NCBI GenBank assembly: GCA_046728155.1
Contig: JBKPDY010000124.1
Span: 236 to 64,235, forward strand
Source: Actinomycetota bacterium
GTDB taxonomy: Bacteria > Actinomycetota > Actinomycetes > Mycobacteriales > Micromonosporaceae
Reading direction: 5' to 3'
DNA length: 64,000 nucleotides
Part shown: positions 22,572-32,237 of the stretch, piece by piece
Position numbering within the stretch: position 1 is the first letter of the stretch
Layout: each line of letters begins with the position of its first letter
Notes under the pieces: generated by a model
Seen by the model: the letters and a program-made list of their open reading frames with translations, nothing else
The model's database searches: none
What the model was told of the DNA's origin: nothing
Program-made: the position numbers and the translations under genes

Positions 22572-25058
22572 CTAAGTGCCGCGGAGCACCGCGCCGATAC
22601 GGCCTGCGGCGGAGACCGCGGCATCCCGGGCGGCGAGTGCGTCCTCAGCCGTCAAGGTACGGTCCGGAGCCCGGAACACGAGCTTGTACGCCAGGGACTT
22701 GCGCCCGTCGCCGACCTGGGCACCGGTGTAGACATCGAAGAGGCGTACCGACTCGAGGAGGTCACCAGCTCCCTCCGCCAAGGCGGATTCGACCGTGGCC
22801 GCCGGCACGGCCTCATCGACCACGAGCGCCACGTCGATAAGGGCCGGTGGGAAGTTGGAGATCACGGGGGCCGGCGTGAGGTCGGGCAGGGGAACCGCGT
22901 CGAGGTCCAACTCCATCGCGCAGGTCCGGCGGGGAAGGTCGAGAGCGGCACACACGCCGGGATGCAGCTCGCCGGCGTGGCCTACGACGTCACCGCGTAC
23001 CGCGATCGCGGCGCAGCGGCCCGGGTGCCAGGGGTCGACGGCGGCGGACTCGATGCTGACCTCACCGGTCGGGACACCGGAGGAGTCGAGCACATCGAGC
23101 GCGGCCTGGATGGCGTCCGCCCAGTTTCCTGGTCGGCCAGCCCCCCACGGGCCGGACCGGTCCAGCTCGCCGGCCAGGGCGACCGCGACGTGCCAGGGCT
23201 GGTGCGGGACCGCCGCGTTGGCCAGTGCCCACTCCGTCTCGTCCGGCCGACCCTCGACGCCGAGGACCGGCGGCGGGCTGGAATTCGGGGCCGGGAGGAA
23301 GACCAGTCCCTGCTCGAAGAGCGCCACATCGCGCTGCCCGCGGCCGATGTTGCGGCGAAGCGTCGCCAGAAGGGGCGGGAGGAGGCTCGTTCGTAGCAGC
23401 GGCTCCTCCTCTGAGAGCGGGTTGGCGAGCCGGACGGCATCCGTGGTCAGTCCCAGCGCGGCCAGCGAGTCGGCGGATACGAACGGATACGAGAGGACCT
23501 CGATGTATCCGCGCTCGGCCAATGTCCGGCCGACCGAACGGCGCCGCCGCTGCGCCGGCGTGAGTCCCTTGCCGGGTGGGGCGATCGGCAGGGCACTGGG
23601 CACCTCGTTGAAGCCGTCGAGCCGGACCACCTCCTCGATCAGGTCGGCCGGACCGAGCAGATCCGGCCGCCAGGTCGGTGGCGTCACGGTGAAGCCCCCG
23701 TCGTCGGTCGCCACCTCGCACCCGATCGCGGTGAGCAGTTCGGCCACCCGCCCAGGCGGGTAATCGACGCCGATCAGTCTGGTGGGCGCGGCCGGGTCGA
23801 GACCGATGCTGGGCCGGATGCCTGGATAGTTGAGGTCGAGAATCTGCTTGCCGGCCGCGGCCGTCGAGCCGCCGTACTCCACAAGAAGCCGGACGGCGCG
23901 CTCGATCGCGGCCAGGCACAGCTCGCGGTCGACCCCACGCTCCCACCGCTTCGCCGCCTCACTGAACAGCTTGTGCCGGCGGGCGGTCCGCCCCACCATC
24001 GTGGGATCCCAATGCGCCGCCTCGAAAAGGACGTTGGTCGTCTGGCCGGGGATCACTTCGGAGGTCTGTCCGCCCATGACTGCCGCGAGGGAGATCGGAC
24101 CGGTGTCGTCGCAGATCACCATGTCCTCCGTGGACAGCTCGCGGTCGACACCGTCCAGAGTGGTGAGTCGCTCGCCTTCAGCCGCGCGGCGCACCACGAG
24201 GCCGCCCCGGATGCGGTCGGCGTCGAAGGCATGCATCGGCTGGCCCAGCTCCAGCATGAGGTAGTTCGTAATGTCGATGGGCAGGCCGAGGGTGCGGACG
24301 CCGGCGGTGACGAGGCGTCGCTGCATCCACAGTGGAGTCGGCGCCGCCGGGTCGACCCGGCTCACCAGCCGGGCCGCGAACCGGTCACAACCGGCCTGGT
24401 CAATGACGGTCACCGGCCAGGCCGACTGCCCCGTCGCCCCTGGCGCTTTGGCCAGCCCGGGATCCGCGAACGTCGTGCCGAACGCGTGCGACAGCTCGCG
24501 GGCCAGCCCCCGGACCGACATCTGGTAGCCCCGGTCGGGCGTGATCTCCACGTCGAGGACGATGTCGTCGAGACCCACATAAGGGCGTGCGTCCTCGCCG
24601 GGAGTCGCACCGGTGGCCGGGTCGAGCACAAGGATCCCGCTGTGGTCGTCGCCGATGCCCAGCTCGCGGGCCGAGCAGATCATGCCGTTGCTGATGCGCC
24701 CGTACGTCTTGCGGGCGCCGACGTGCAGTCCGCCGGGAAGCACGCCGCCCGGAAGGATCACCACAACCAGATCGCCCTCGACGAAGTTGTGCGCACCGCA
24801 GATGACTTCCTGCGGTCGGCCGGATCCGTTGGCCTGCCCTACATCGACTGTGCAAAACCGGATCGGCTTACGGAACTCGGCCAGGTCCTCGATCGTGTTC
24901 ACGCGGCCCACCACCAACGAGCCCTCGACGCTCCCCCGTTGGTCCACAATGGACTCGACCTCGACGCCGTGGTTGTTCAGGGCCTCGTCGAGCCCCTGCG
25001 TCGTCAGGTCGTCCGGCAGGTCGACGTACTCGCGCAACCAGGACAGTCCGACCCGCAT
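22572..25058 (-). CDS. pheT: phenylalanine--tRNA ligase beta subunit
   Basis: 828 aa with N-terminal MRVGLSWLREYV. It immediately follows pheS. Confidence 0.95.
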   Translation of the reverse strand: MRVGLSWLREYVDLPDDLTTQGLDEALNNHGVEVESIVDQRGSVEGSLVVGRVNTIEDLAEFRKPIRFCTVDVGQANGSGRPQEVICGAHNFVEGDLVVVILPGGVLPGGLHVGARKTYGRISNGMICSARELGIGDDHSGILVLDPATGATPGEDARPYVGLDDIVLDVEITPDRGYQMSVRGLARELSHAFGTTFADPGLAKAPGATGQSAWPVTVIDQAGCDRFAARLVSRVDPAAPTPLWMQRRLVTAGVRTLGLPIDITNYLMLELGQPMHAFDADRIRGGLVVRRAAEGERLTTLDGVDRELSTEDMVICDDTGPISLAAVMGGQTSEVIPGQTTNVLFEAAHWDPTMVGRTARRHKLFSEAAKRWERGVDRELCLAAIERAVRLLVEYGGSTAAAGKQILDLNYPGIRPSIGLDPAAPTRLIGVDYPPGRVAELLTAIGCEVATDDGGFTVTPPTWRPDLLGPADLIEEVVRLDGFNEVPSALPIAPPGKGLTPAQRRRRSVGRTLAERGYIEVLSYPFVSADSLAALGLTTDAVRLANPLSEEEPLLRTSLLPPLLATLRRNIGRGQRDVALFEQGLVFLPAPNSSPPPVLGVEGRPDETEWALANAAVPHQPWHVAVALAGELDRSGPWGAGRPGNWADAIQAALDVLDSSGVPTGEVSIESAAVDPWHPGRCAAIAVRGDVVGHAGELHPGVCAALDLPRRTCAMELDLDAVPLPDLTPAPVISNFPPALIDVALVVDEAVPAATVESALAEGAGDLLESVRLFDVYTGAQVGDGRKSLAYKLVFRAPDRTLTAEDALAARDAAVSAAGRIGAVLRGT

Positions 25059-25059
25059 G

Positions 25060-26307
<1,248 letters not shown>

Positions 26308-27150
26308 TCATTGGGAGTCTCCTCGGGAGTGCGCTCTGGCCGAAGCGTACAGGCAGACCGCGGCGGCCGCCGCCAGGTTGAGGCTCTCTGCGCGCCCGTA
26401 CATAGGCACGCGAACCCGCGCGTCGGCGAGGTCGGCGAGCTCGGCCGGGAGACCATGGGCCTCCGAGCCGAAAACCCACGCGGTCGGCCCGGCCAGCGCG
26501 CCGGCGTCGGCCTGCCCGTCGAGATTCTCGCTGCCGTGCGCGTCCGCGGCGAAGATGCTCAGCCCGGCTGATTTCAATGCCTGGACGGCCTGGGCCGGAT
26601 GGCCACCCCGCACCAGGTCCACATGGAACAGGCTGCCGGCGCTGGACCGCACGCATTTGCCGTTGTACGGGTCGACGTTGCCCTCGGGAAAGACGACGGC
26701 CTCAACCCCGGCGGCGTCGGCGGTCCGCAGGATGGTGCCGGCGTTGCCGGGGTCGGCCACCCCGGCCAGCACGACCACCAGCCGGGTCTGCGGGCTGAGC
26801 ACCTCGGTCACGTCGGACCGGTGCAGATGCCGGCACACGGCCACCACCCCCTGCGGGCTGACCGTGTCGGCCAGCGCCGCGAGGGCCGCCTCAGTCACGG
26901 GCCACACAGACGCGCCGAGGTCGTACGCCTCTGCCACCAGGTCGCGGCGTCGGCCGTACGCGTCGACCGTGCCGAAGAGTTCGAGCACGGTACCGCTGGC
27001 TACGGCCTCACGAACCGTCTGCGGCCCCTCGGCGAGGAAGAGCCCCTCGGCGTCACGGTGCCGGCGGCGCAACAGCCGCCGTGCGGCAACGACCCGGGGC
27101 GATCGTTGCGTCAACGGATCGGCCCCGGGTCGGGAGAGCCGGATCTGCAT
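26308..27150 (-). CDS. SpoU/TrmH-family RNA 2'-O-methyltransferase
   Basis: FGSEAHGLP and VPMYGRAESLNLAAAAAVCLY knot motifs. Confidence 0.85.
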   Translation of the reverse strand: MQIRLSRPGADPLTQRSPRVVAARRLLRRRHRDAEGLFLAEGPQTVREAVASGTVLELFGTVDAYGRRRDLVAEAYDLGASVWPVTEAALAALADTVSPQGVVAVCRHLHRSDVTEVLSPQTRLVVVLAGVADPGNAGTILRTADAAGVEAVVFPEGNVDPYNGKCVRSSAGSLFHVDLVRGGHPAQAVQALKSAGLSIFAADAHGSENLDGQADAGALAGPTAWVFGSEAHGLPAELADLADARVRVPMYGRAESLNLAAAAAVCLYASARAHSRGDSQ

Positions 27151-27182
27151 GCTCGGGCTACTCGCCCCCGACGCGCTGAGGC

Positions 27183-27629
27183 TCAGGCCGCGGCCTCGCC
27201 CGTGCCGACCGGTCGGGCGGCCGTACCGGGCGCCGCCGTGCCGGCACCGGGCGAAACGCCGGATGTGTCGTTGGGCGGCAGCGCCGCGCGCGCGGCGGCC
27301 ACGATACCCGCGAACGCGGTCGTGTCGGTGACCGCCAGATCAGCGAGGATCTTGCGGTCCACCTCGATGCCGGCCAGCCGCAAGCCCTGGATGAGCCGGT
27401 TGTACGTCATACCGTTGAGCCGCGCCGCCGCGTTGATGCGCGTGATCCACAGTTGGCGAAAATCGCCCTTGCGGTCCCGGCGGTCCCGGTAGGCGTACTG
27501 CATCGAGTGCAGCATCTGTTCCTTGGCCTTGCGGTAGAGCCGCGAACGCTGCCCGCGGTACCCGCTCGCACCCTCCAGGATCGTGCGGCGCTTCTTATGG
27601 GCGTTGGCTGCCCGCTTGACGCGTGCCAC
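27183..27629 (-). CDS. rplT: 50S ribosomal protein L20 (with ~30-aa Ala/Pro/Gly-rich C-terminal tail)
   Basis: [15 protein letters not shown]... The L20 core is followed by the low-complexity tail [18 protein letters not shown]. Confidence 0.93.
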   Translation of the reverse strand: MARVKRAANAHKKRRTILEGASGYRGQRSRLYRKAKEQMLHSMQYAYRDRRDRKGDFRQLWITRINAAARLNGMTYNRLIQGLRLAGIEVDRKILADLAVTDTTAFAGIVAAARAALPPNDTSGVSPGAGTAAPGTAARPVGTGEAAA

Positions 27630-27667
27630 GTCGTCACTCCTTGATCGTTGTCATGCGTTGCCGCGCG

Positions 27668-27862
27668 TCAGCGGCCCAGCAGCTTCCTGACCCGCTTGCG
27701 GTCGGCCCGGGTGACCTCGACCGTCCCGGTCAACCGGCGGGTCTCCCGGGATGATTTGACCTCAAGGCGGTGGCGCAGGCCGGCCTGCTGGACGAGCAGC
27801 TTGCCCCGTCCGGTCACCTTGACCCGCTTGCCCATGCCGGTGTGGCTCTTCATCTTCGGCAT
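27668..27862 (-). CDS. rpmI: 50S ribosomal protein L35
   Basis: From ORF 27668..27946. An internal ATG gives MPKMKSHTGMGKRVKVTGRGK, 64 aa. Confidence 0.93.
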   Translation of the reverse strand: MPKMKSHTGMGKRVKVTGRGKLLVQQAGLRHRLEVKSSRETRRLTGTVEVTRADRKRVRKLLGR

Positions 27863-27902
27863 CGTCTGTGTTTCTCCCTCGTTCGGTGCCGCCCCCGGAC
27901 CC

Positions 27903-28493
27903 TCACTCGTCCGGTTTCTTCTCCGTCTCACCGGCCGCGCCCTCATCCCGGGCCCGCTGCCCGCCCCGACCGGAGGGCTTGCCTGCCCGGTGCGGAGCGA
28001 TCACCATGATCATGTTCCGGCCGTCCAGCTTCGGCGCGGCCTCCACGTACCCGAGCTCCGTGATCTCCTCTTCGAGCCGGCGGAGGAGCCGGTGTCCCAG
28101 CTCCGGACGGCTCTGTTCACGACCACGGAACATGATCGTCACCTTGACCTTGTCGCCCGCCTTGAGGAACCGGACCACATGGCCCTTCTTGGTCTCGTAG
28201 TCGTGCGGATCGATCTTCGGCCGGAGCTTCATCTCCTTGATGACGGTCTGCTGCTGGTTGCGCCGCGCTTCCCGGGCCTTGATGTCGCTTTCGTACTTGA
28301 ACTTGCCGTAGTCCATGAGCTTGGCGACCGGCGGGCGCGCCATCGGCGCCACCTCGACCAGATCCAGGTCCACCTCGGCCGCCAGCTGGAGCGCGCGCTC
28401 AATGGGTACGACACCCACCTGCTCACCCTCGGGACCGACCAAGCGCACCTCACGAGCGCGGATCTGCTCGTTGACGCGATGTTCGACGGTGAT
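27903..28493 (-). CDS. infC: translation initiation factor IF-3, non-AUG (ATC or ATT) start
   Basis: ORF track starts at GTG 28448, but the conserved IF-3 N-terminus [21 protein letters not shown] continues in frame upstream to a TAA. The only start-like codons are ATC (28491-28493, 4 nt after GGAGG) and ATT (28506-28508). Confidence 0.85.
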   Translation of the reverse strand: MTVEHRVNEQIRAREVRLVGPEGEQVGVVPIERALQLAAEVDLDLVEVAPMARPPVAKLMDYGKFKYESDIKAREARRNQQQTVIKEMKLRPKIDPHDYETKKGHVVRFLKAGDKVKVTIMFRGREQSRPELGHRLLRRLEEEITELGYVEAAPKLDGRNMIMVIAPHRAGKPSGRGGQRARDEGAAGETEKKPDE

Positions 28494-28548
28494 GGAGCCT
28501 CCTCGAATTGCTTACCGACTCCGCGCCCTGCGGAGCCGCTGTGTCGCC

Positions 28549-28591
28549 GCCGACCTGAACAAAGCAGAAGGCCCCGGCCGATGCCGGGGCC
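28549..28591 (-). terminator. intrinsic-terminator-like hairpin in the infC leader
   Basis: Sense RNA reads GGCCCCGGC-AUCG-GCCGGGGCC followed by UUCUGCUUUGUUC. It is ~60-100 nt upstream of the infC start and ~270 nt downstream of the preceding gene. Confidence 0.5.
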
Positions 28592-28860
28592 CGCTCGACC
28601 GGTCCGCGTACGCACGCGTACTCACGACTGCCGACCTTGCGGTCGTCTCGCGTGGACCGGACCCGGCTGCCGGTACTGCATTGGCGGCTTCGGGTGGGAG
28701 CGGGTGCTCCGCTTTGAGACACCGCGCGCAAACGCGGTGCGGTCGACGGCGACAAGAATAGCAGACCAGCCGCATCGCCGCCCAATTCGGGCACGCGGCC
28801 TCGGGACCACGTCGTGTCGTGGACCCACCAGGGCGACGGTATCCAGGAGATCCCGAAGGT

Positions 28861-29328
28861 TCAGGGGGCGTCGGCGGCGAGGCGGGCGCGGTGCTCGGTC
28901 AGAAGCACACGCAACGCCCGCACGCCGGCGACTGCGTACTCCTTGTCCGTCGCCTGCACGGCGAGCAGGGTGATCAGATCGTCGTCCTCGAGCTCGAGGC
29001 TCGCCCAGGGCCGGCCACGATCGAACCGGACCGCCCGGACGATCTCCCACGGGAGGTCGTAGCCGCCGATCAGGTTACGGACCCGGATTCGCCGCTCGTC
29101 GGCGATGACTCTGGGACGGGTGAAGACGAGTATGCCGGCCGCGAGGAGCAGGCCGAGCACGACCATGGCGTACTGGTCGCTGCGCTGGAAGGTGGCCCCG
29201 TTCTTGTCCCCGGTCGAGCCGGTGAGGAGCGTGGCCAGCCCCGAGAAGGCGACGACGATGACCGCCGCGGCCGCCCAGCACACGCGGCGGGTCTTCCGCG
29301 GGCGCAGCACCACTGGAGGCGAGGTCAT
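28861..29328 (-). CDS. membrane protein with bacterial PH-like domain
   Basis: From ORF 28861..29382. Two N-terminal TM segments, then a soluble domain (IRVRNLIGGYDLPWEIVRAVRF). It sits after hisG, as in other actinobacteria. Start trimmed to the internal ATG. Confidence 0.6.
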   Translation of the reverse strand: MTSPPVVLRPRKTRRVCWAAAAVIVVAFSGLATLLTGSTGDKNGATFQRSDQYAMVVLGLLLAAGILVFTRPRVIADERRIRVRNLIGGYDLPWEIVRAVRFDRGRPWASLELEDDDLITLLAVQATDKEYAVAGVRALRVLLTEHRARLAADAP

Positions 29329-29369
29329 CACGCTGCCCGATTCTGCCACGCGAAGCTGGACGCACGGCT

Positions 29370-30215
29370 TCAGAGCCGGCACGCGTGGATGTCGGTGACG
29401 AGGATCGCCCGGGCGCCCACGTCGTAGAGCAGATCCATGATCTTGTGTACCTCGTTACGCAGCACCATGGCCTGGACGGCGACCCATCCCTGCCGGTGCA
29501 GAGCCGAGATCGTCGGCGACTCGATGCCCGGTGTCAGCGCGACGGCCGCGTCGATCTGGTCCGTCTGGACATCGTAGGCGATCATGACGTAGCGACGGGC
29601 CACGAGCACGCCCTGCAGCCGCCGCACCAGCTGCGTGACCTGACCGTTGCCGGGCGCGCCGGACGAGCGCACCAGGACAGCGGTGGAGCTGAGAACCGGC
29701 TCGCCGACCGCCTCGAGGCCGGCCTTGCGCAGGGTGGCTCCGGTGTCGACAACGTCGGCGATCACGTCGGCGAGGCCGAGGCCGACCGCGTTCTCGACCG
29801 CACCGTCGAGGCGGATCACATGCGCGTCGACCCCCAGCCGGTCGAGGACCTGGGTCACCACGCCCGGGTATGACGTGGCGATCCGGGCGCCGGTGAAGTC
29901 GCGGGCCGAACCGAAACGCCCGGGTCGGGCCGCGAACCGGAAGGCCGAGGCCCCGAAGTCAAGGTCGAGGACCTCGTCGACCGCGGCGCCGGCGTCGATC
30001 AACAGATCCCGTCCGGTGATGCCGAGATCCAGGTCGCCCGAACCGACGTAGGTCGCGATGTCACGTGGACGGAGGTAGAAGAACTCGACGGCGTTGTCGA
30101 TGTCGAGACAGGTCAGGTCGTTGTCATCGGAGCGCTGGCGGTACCCGGCCTCGCGGAGGATGGCCGAAGCGGCGGGAGCGAGCCCACCCTTGTTCGGTAC
30201 GGCGACACGTAGCAT
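29370..30215 (-). CDS. hisG: ATP phosphoribosyltransferase (long form)
   Basis: MLRVAVPNKGGLA N-terminus. 281 aa with a C-terminal regulatory domain. Confidence 0.93.
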   Translation of the reverse strand: MLRVAVPNKGGLAPAASAILREAGYRQRSDDNDLTCLDIDNAVEFFYLRPRDIATYVGSGDLDLGITGRDLLIDAGAAVDEVLDLDFGASAFRFAARPGRFGSARDFTGARIATSYPGVVTQVLDRLGVDAHVIRLDGAVENAVGLGLADVIADVVDTGATLRKAGLEAVGEPVLSSTAVLVRSSGAPGNGQVTQLVRRLQGVLVARRYVMIAYDVQTDQIDAAVALTPGIESPTISALHRQGWVAVQAMVLRNEVHKIMDLLYDVGARAILVTDIHACRL

Positions 30216-30259
30216 GGCTGAACTCCAAGATCACGTCAGACGGGGACATCGTCGTTTCG

Positions 30260-30523
30260 TCACAGATGTCGGTAGACGTCCTTGATGTCCAGACCCTTGG
30301 CCAGCATGAGGACCTGCACGTGGTAGAGCAGCTGGGCGATCTCGTCAGCGGCCCGTTCGGGGCTCTCGTGCTCGGCGGCCATCCACGACTCCGCCGCCTC
30401 CTCCACGACCTTCTTGCCGACGGCGTGGATGCCGCGGCCAAGCAGATCGACCGTGCCCGAAGCGGGCGCGCGGCGGGCCGCCTTGGTCGAGAGCTCCCCC
30501 CACAGCTCGTCGAAGGTCTTCAC
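30260..30523 (-). CDS. hisE: phosphoribosyl-ATP pyrophosphatase
   Basis: From ORF 30260..30583. [15 protein letters not shown]...[17 protein letters not shown], 87 aa from the in-frame GTG. Confidence 0.9.
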   Translation of the reverse strand: MKTFDELWGELSTKAARRAPASGTVDLLGRGIHAVGKKVVEEAAESWMAAEHESPERAADEIAQLLYHVQVLMLAKGLDIKDVYRHL

Positions 30524-30657
30524 GGATACGGATTGTGTCAGCCCCCGACGTGATGTCGCCAACGACACCGGCGCCGCGCACATCGTGGGACGTGCCAGTC
30601 TCGGAATCGGCTCCTATTGTCGAGGCGCGCCCGTGCTCGACCCCCCCGGAGGAGCCC

Positions 30658-31092
30658 ATGCTCAGGACGTTCCAAGGTTTCCGAGACTTCATCATGCGTG
30701 GCAATGTGATCGACCTCGCGGTCGGCATCATCATCGGTGCCGCGTTCGGCACGGTCGTGACGGCGACCACAGCGGGGATCATCGAACCGCTGATCCGGGC
30801 GATCGGCGGTGGCGGCCAGTTCGCCGGAACATGGAAGGTGAACGGTCAGCCGCTCGACTGGGCGGCGTTCGTCAACGCGCTCATCGCATTCATCATCACC
30901 GCCGCGGTGCTGTACTTCTTCGTCGTACTCCCGATGAACAAGCTCGCTGAGCGCCGCAAGCGGGGCGAGAGTCCGCCGCCGGAGCGACCGTCGGAGGAGA
31001 TCCTCCTGCTCACCCAGATCCGGGACGCGCTCGTCAACGGTCCGGTACCGAGCCAACGCTCCGCGCCCGAGTCGACCGCTACAAGCGACTGA
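30658..31092 (+). CDS. mscL: large-conductance mechanosensitive channel
   Basis: From ORF 30535..31092. The internal ATG gives MLRTFQGFRDFIMRGNVIDLAVGIIIGAAFG. Confidence 0.93.
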   Translation: MLRTFQGFRDFIMRGNVIDLAVGIIIGAAFGTVVTATTAGIIEPLIRAIGGGGQFAGTWKVNGQPLDWAAFVNALIAFIITAAVLYFFVVLPMNKLAERRKRGESPPPERPSEEILLLTQIRDALVNGPVPSQRSAPESTATSD

Positions 31093-32055
31093 TCACTCGA
31101 CCGTGACGACGTGGTCGTCGGGAGCGGCCACGGTGCCGTCGTCGGCCAGGTAGTAGGCCTCGATGCGGTACCGGCCGGGGGTGAGGGTTAGCGTCACGGT
31201 CGCCGTTCCGACGTGCGGCGCGCCCTTGTCGAGCCTGACCGGCTGCGGGGTCACCACCGACCCATGCTCGTCCCAGACGATGAGCATGGCGACGGCCCCC
31301 GGAACTGATCCGACGATCTGCACCGGAACCGAGCGGCCGACGGTATCTCCTTGTTCGGGCCAGCTCAGCCAGACCGGCGCCTGAATATCCACGGCCTGCG
31401 CCCGTGCGGTCGGGTCCTTCACGTCGAGACCCCAGAGTTTCGTCCCGCCGTTCACCTCGACCCGTACGTTGACCAGTTCGGTATGTTTCTCCTGCGCGGC
31501 TACGGCCGTCGCGGTGTAAATGAGCTGCTGCAGCGCGATCTCCGCGTCCGCGGGAGCGGTGCCCGGCACGCCGACCAGGTCGACCCTGATCGTGGCGCCG
31601 GCCGTCTGTACCGACTGGACGGTCGCCGCGGCGGGCCAGGCGGTGTGGTAGTCGGGGTCGAGCGGGCGTCCGGCGATCATGTCGGTAAGGGCCGCCTTGA
31701 TCTGGTCATCGAGGCTCCCTCCGCCTGGATACGAGCGGTACTCGCGATAGAGCAGATCGCGACCCGACACTGTTCCGACAACATAGACCGGCAGCCGTGG
31801 ACCGGCCGGAACCGGCGTGGGTCCTATGCCAGGGGGCGGCGGCGCCGACCAGGGCAGCGTCAAGACAACCGCGGTGATCCCGGCGGCCGCGCTCGTGGCC
31901 AGGCCGGCCACCGTGATCGTCCAGAGACGACGGCGACGGGTGGCCGACCCGAGCCGGCGCCGGATCGTGGCCAGTGCGTCCGGGGCGGTCTCCACCCTCG
32001 CGGCCCGGTCTTCGAAGGCCTGCCGCAGCTCGTCCACAAACCTGTCGGTCATCCC
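31093..32055 (-). CDS. single-pass membrane protein with GerMN and Ig-like (Gmad2-type) extracytoplasmic domains; probable partner of the upstream ECF sigma factor
   Basis: From ORF 31093..32142. The ATG at 32055 gives MTDRFVDELRQAFEDRA, then one TM (WTITVAGLATSAAAGITAVVL), then the periplasmic domains. Its SD/ATG is supplied by the right junction of repeat copy A. Confidence 0.7.
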   Translation of the reverse strand, partial: GMTDRFVDELRQAFEDRAARVETAPDALATIRRRLGSATRRRRLWTITVAGLATSAAAGITAVVLTLPWSAPPPPGIGPTPVPAGPRLPVYVVGTVSGRDLLYREYRSYPGGGSLDDQIKAALTDMIAGRPLDPDYHTAWPAAATVQSVQTAGATIRVDLVGVPGTAPADAEIALQQLIYTATAVAAQEKHTELVNVRVEVNGGTKLWGLDVKDPTARAQAVDIQAPVWLSWPEQGDTVGRSVPVQIVGSVPGAVAMLIVWDEHGSVVTPQPVRLDKGAPHVGTATVTLTLTPGRYRIEAYYLADDGTVAAPDDHVVTVE

Positions 32056-32237
32056 TCCTCGCCTCCGCGCTCGCTCCGCTGCTGCCACCCCACGAAGACT
32101 CTCCGCTGCGCTCCACGTCTCCGCGGGGACCCCGGCCCCCACCCCACGAAGACGCTCCGCTTCGCTCCACGTCTCCGCGGGGACCCCGGGAAGGGCCTAC
32201 CGGCCCTGCGATGCTCACTCGCTGTCGGCTCGGTCAT
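32049..32237 (-). repeat. intercistronic repeat family, copy A (two 54-bp modules), containing a 62-codon ORF coupled to both neighbours
   Basis: The ORF's ATG overlaps the sigma TGA, and its TGA overlaps the ATG of the next gene. Termini are shared with the copies at 60320-60490 and 16191-16275. Flanked by the direct repeat GAGGGATGA (22 bp including adjacent identity). Confidence 0.8.

Noticed and set aside
27183-27280. The Ala/Pro/Gly-rich C-terminal tail on L20, and a similar basic tail on IF-3, considered as something unusual.
   Set aside because: GC3 stays high and the frame is clean. Low-complexity tails on ribosomal and translation proteins are common in high-GC actinomycetes.
32088-32195. 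The tandem 54-bp units, considered as a possible CRISPR array or minisatellite.
   Set aside because: There are only two units, directly abutting with no spacers, and no cas genes. They belong to the intercistronic repeat family instead.
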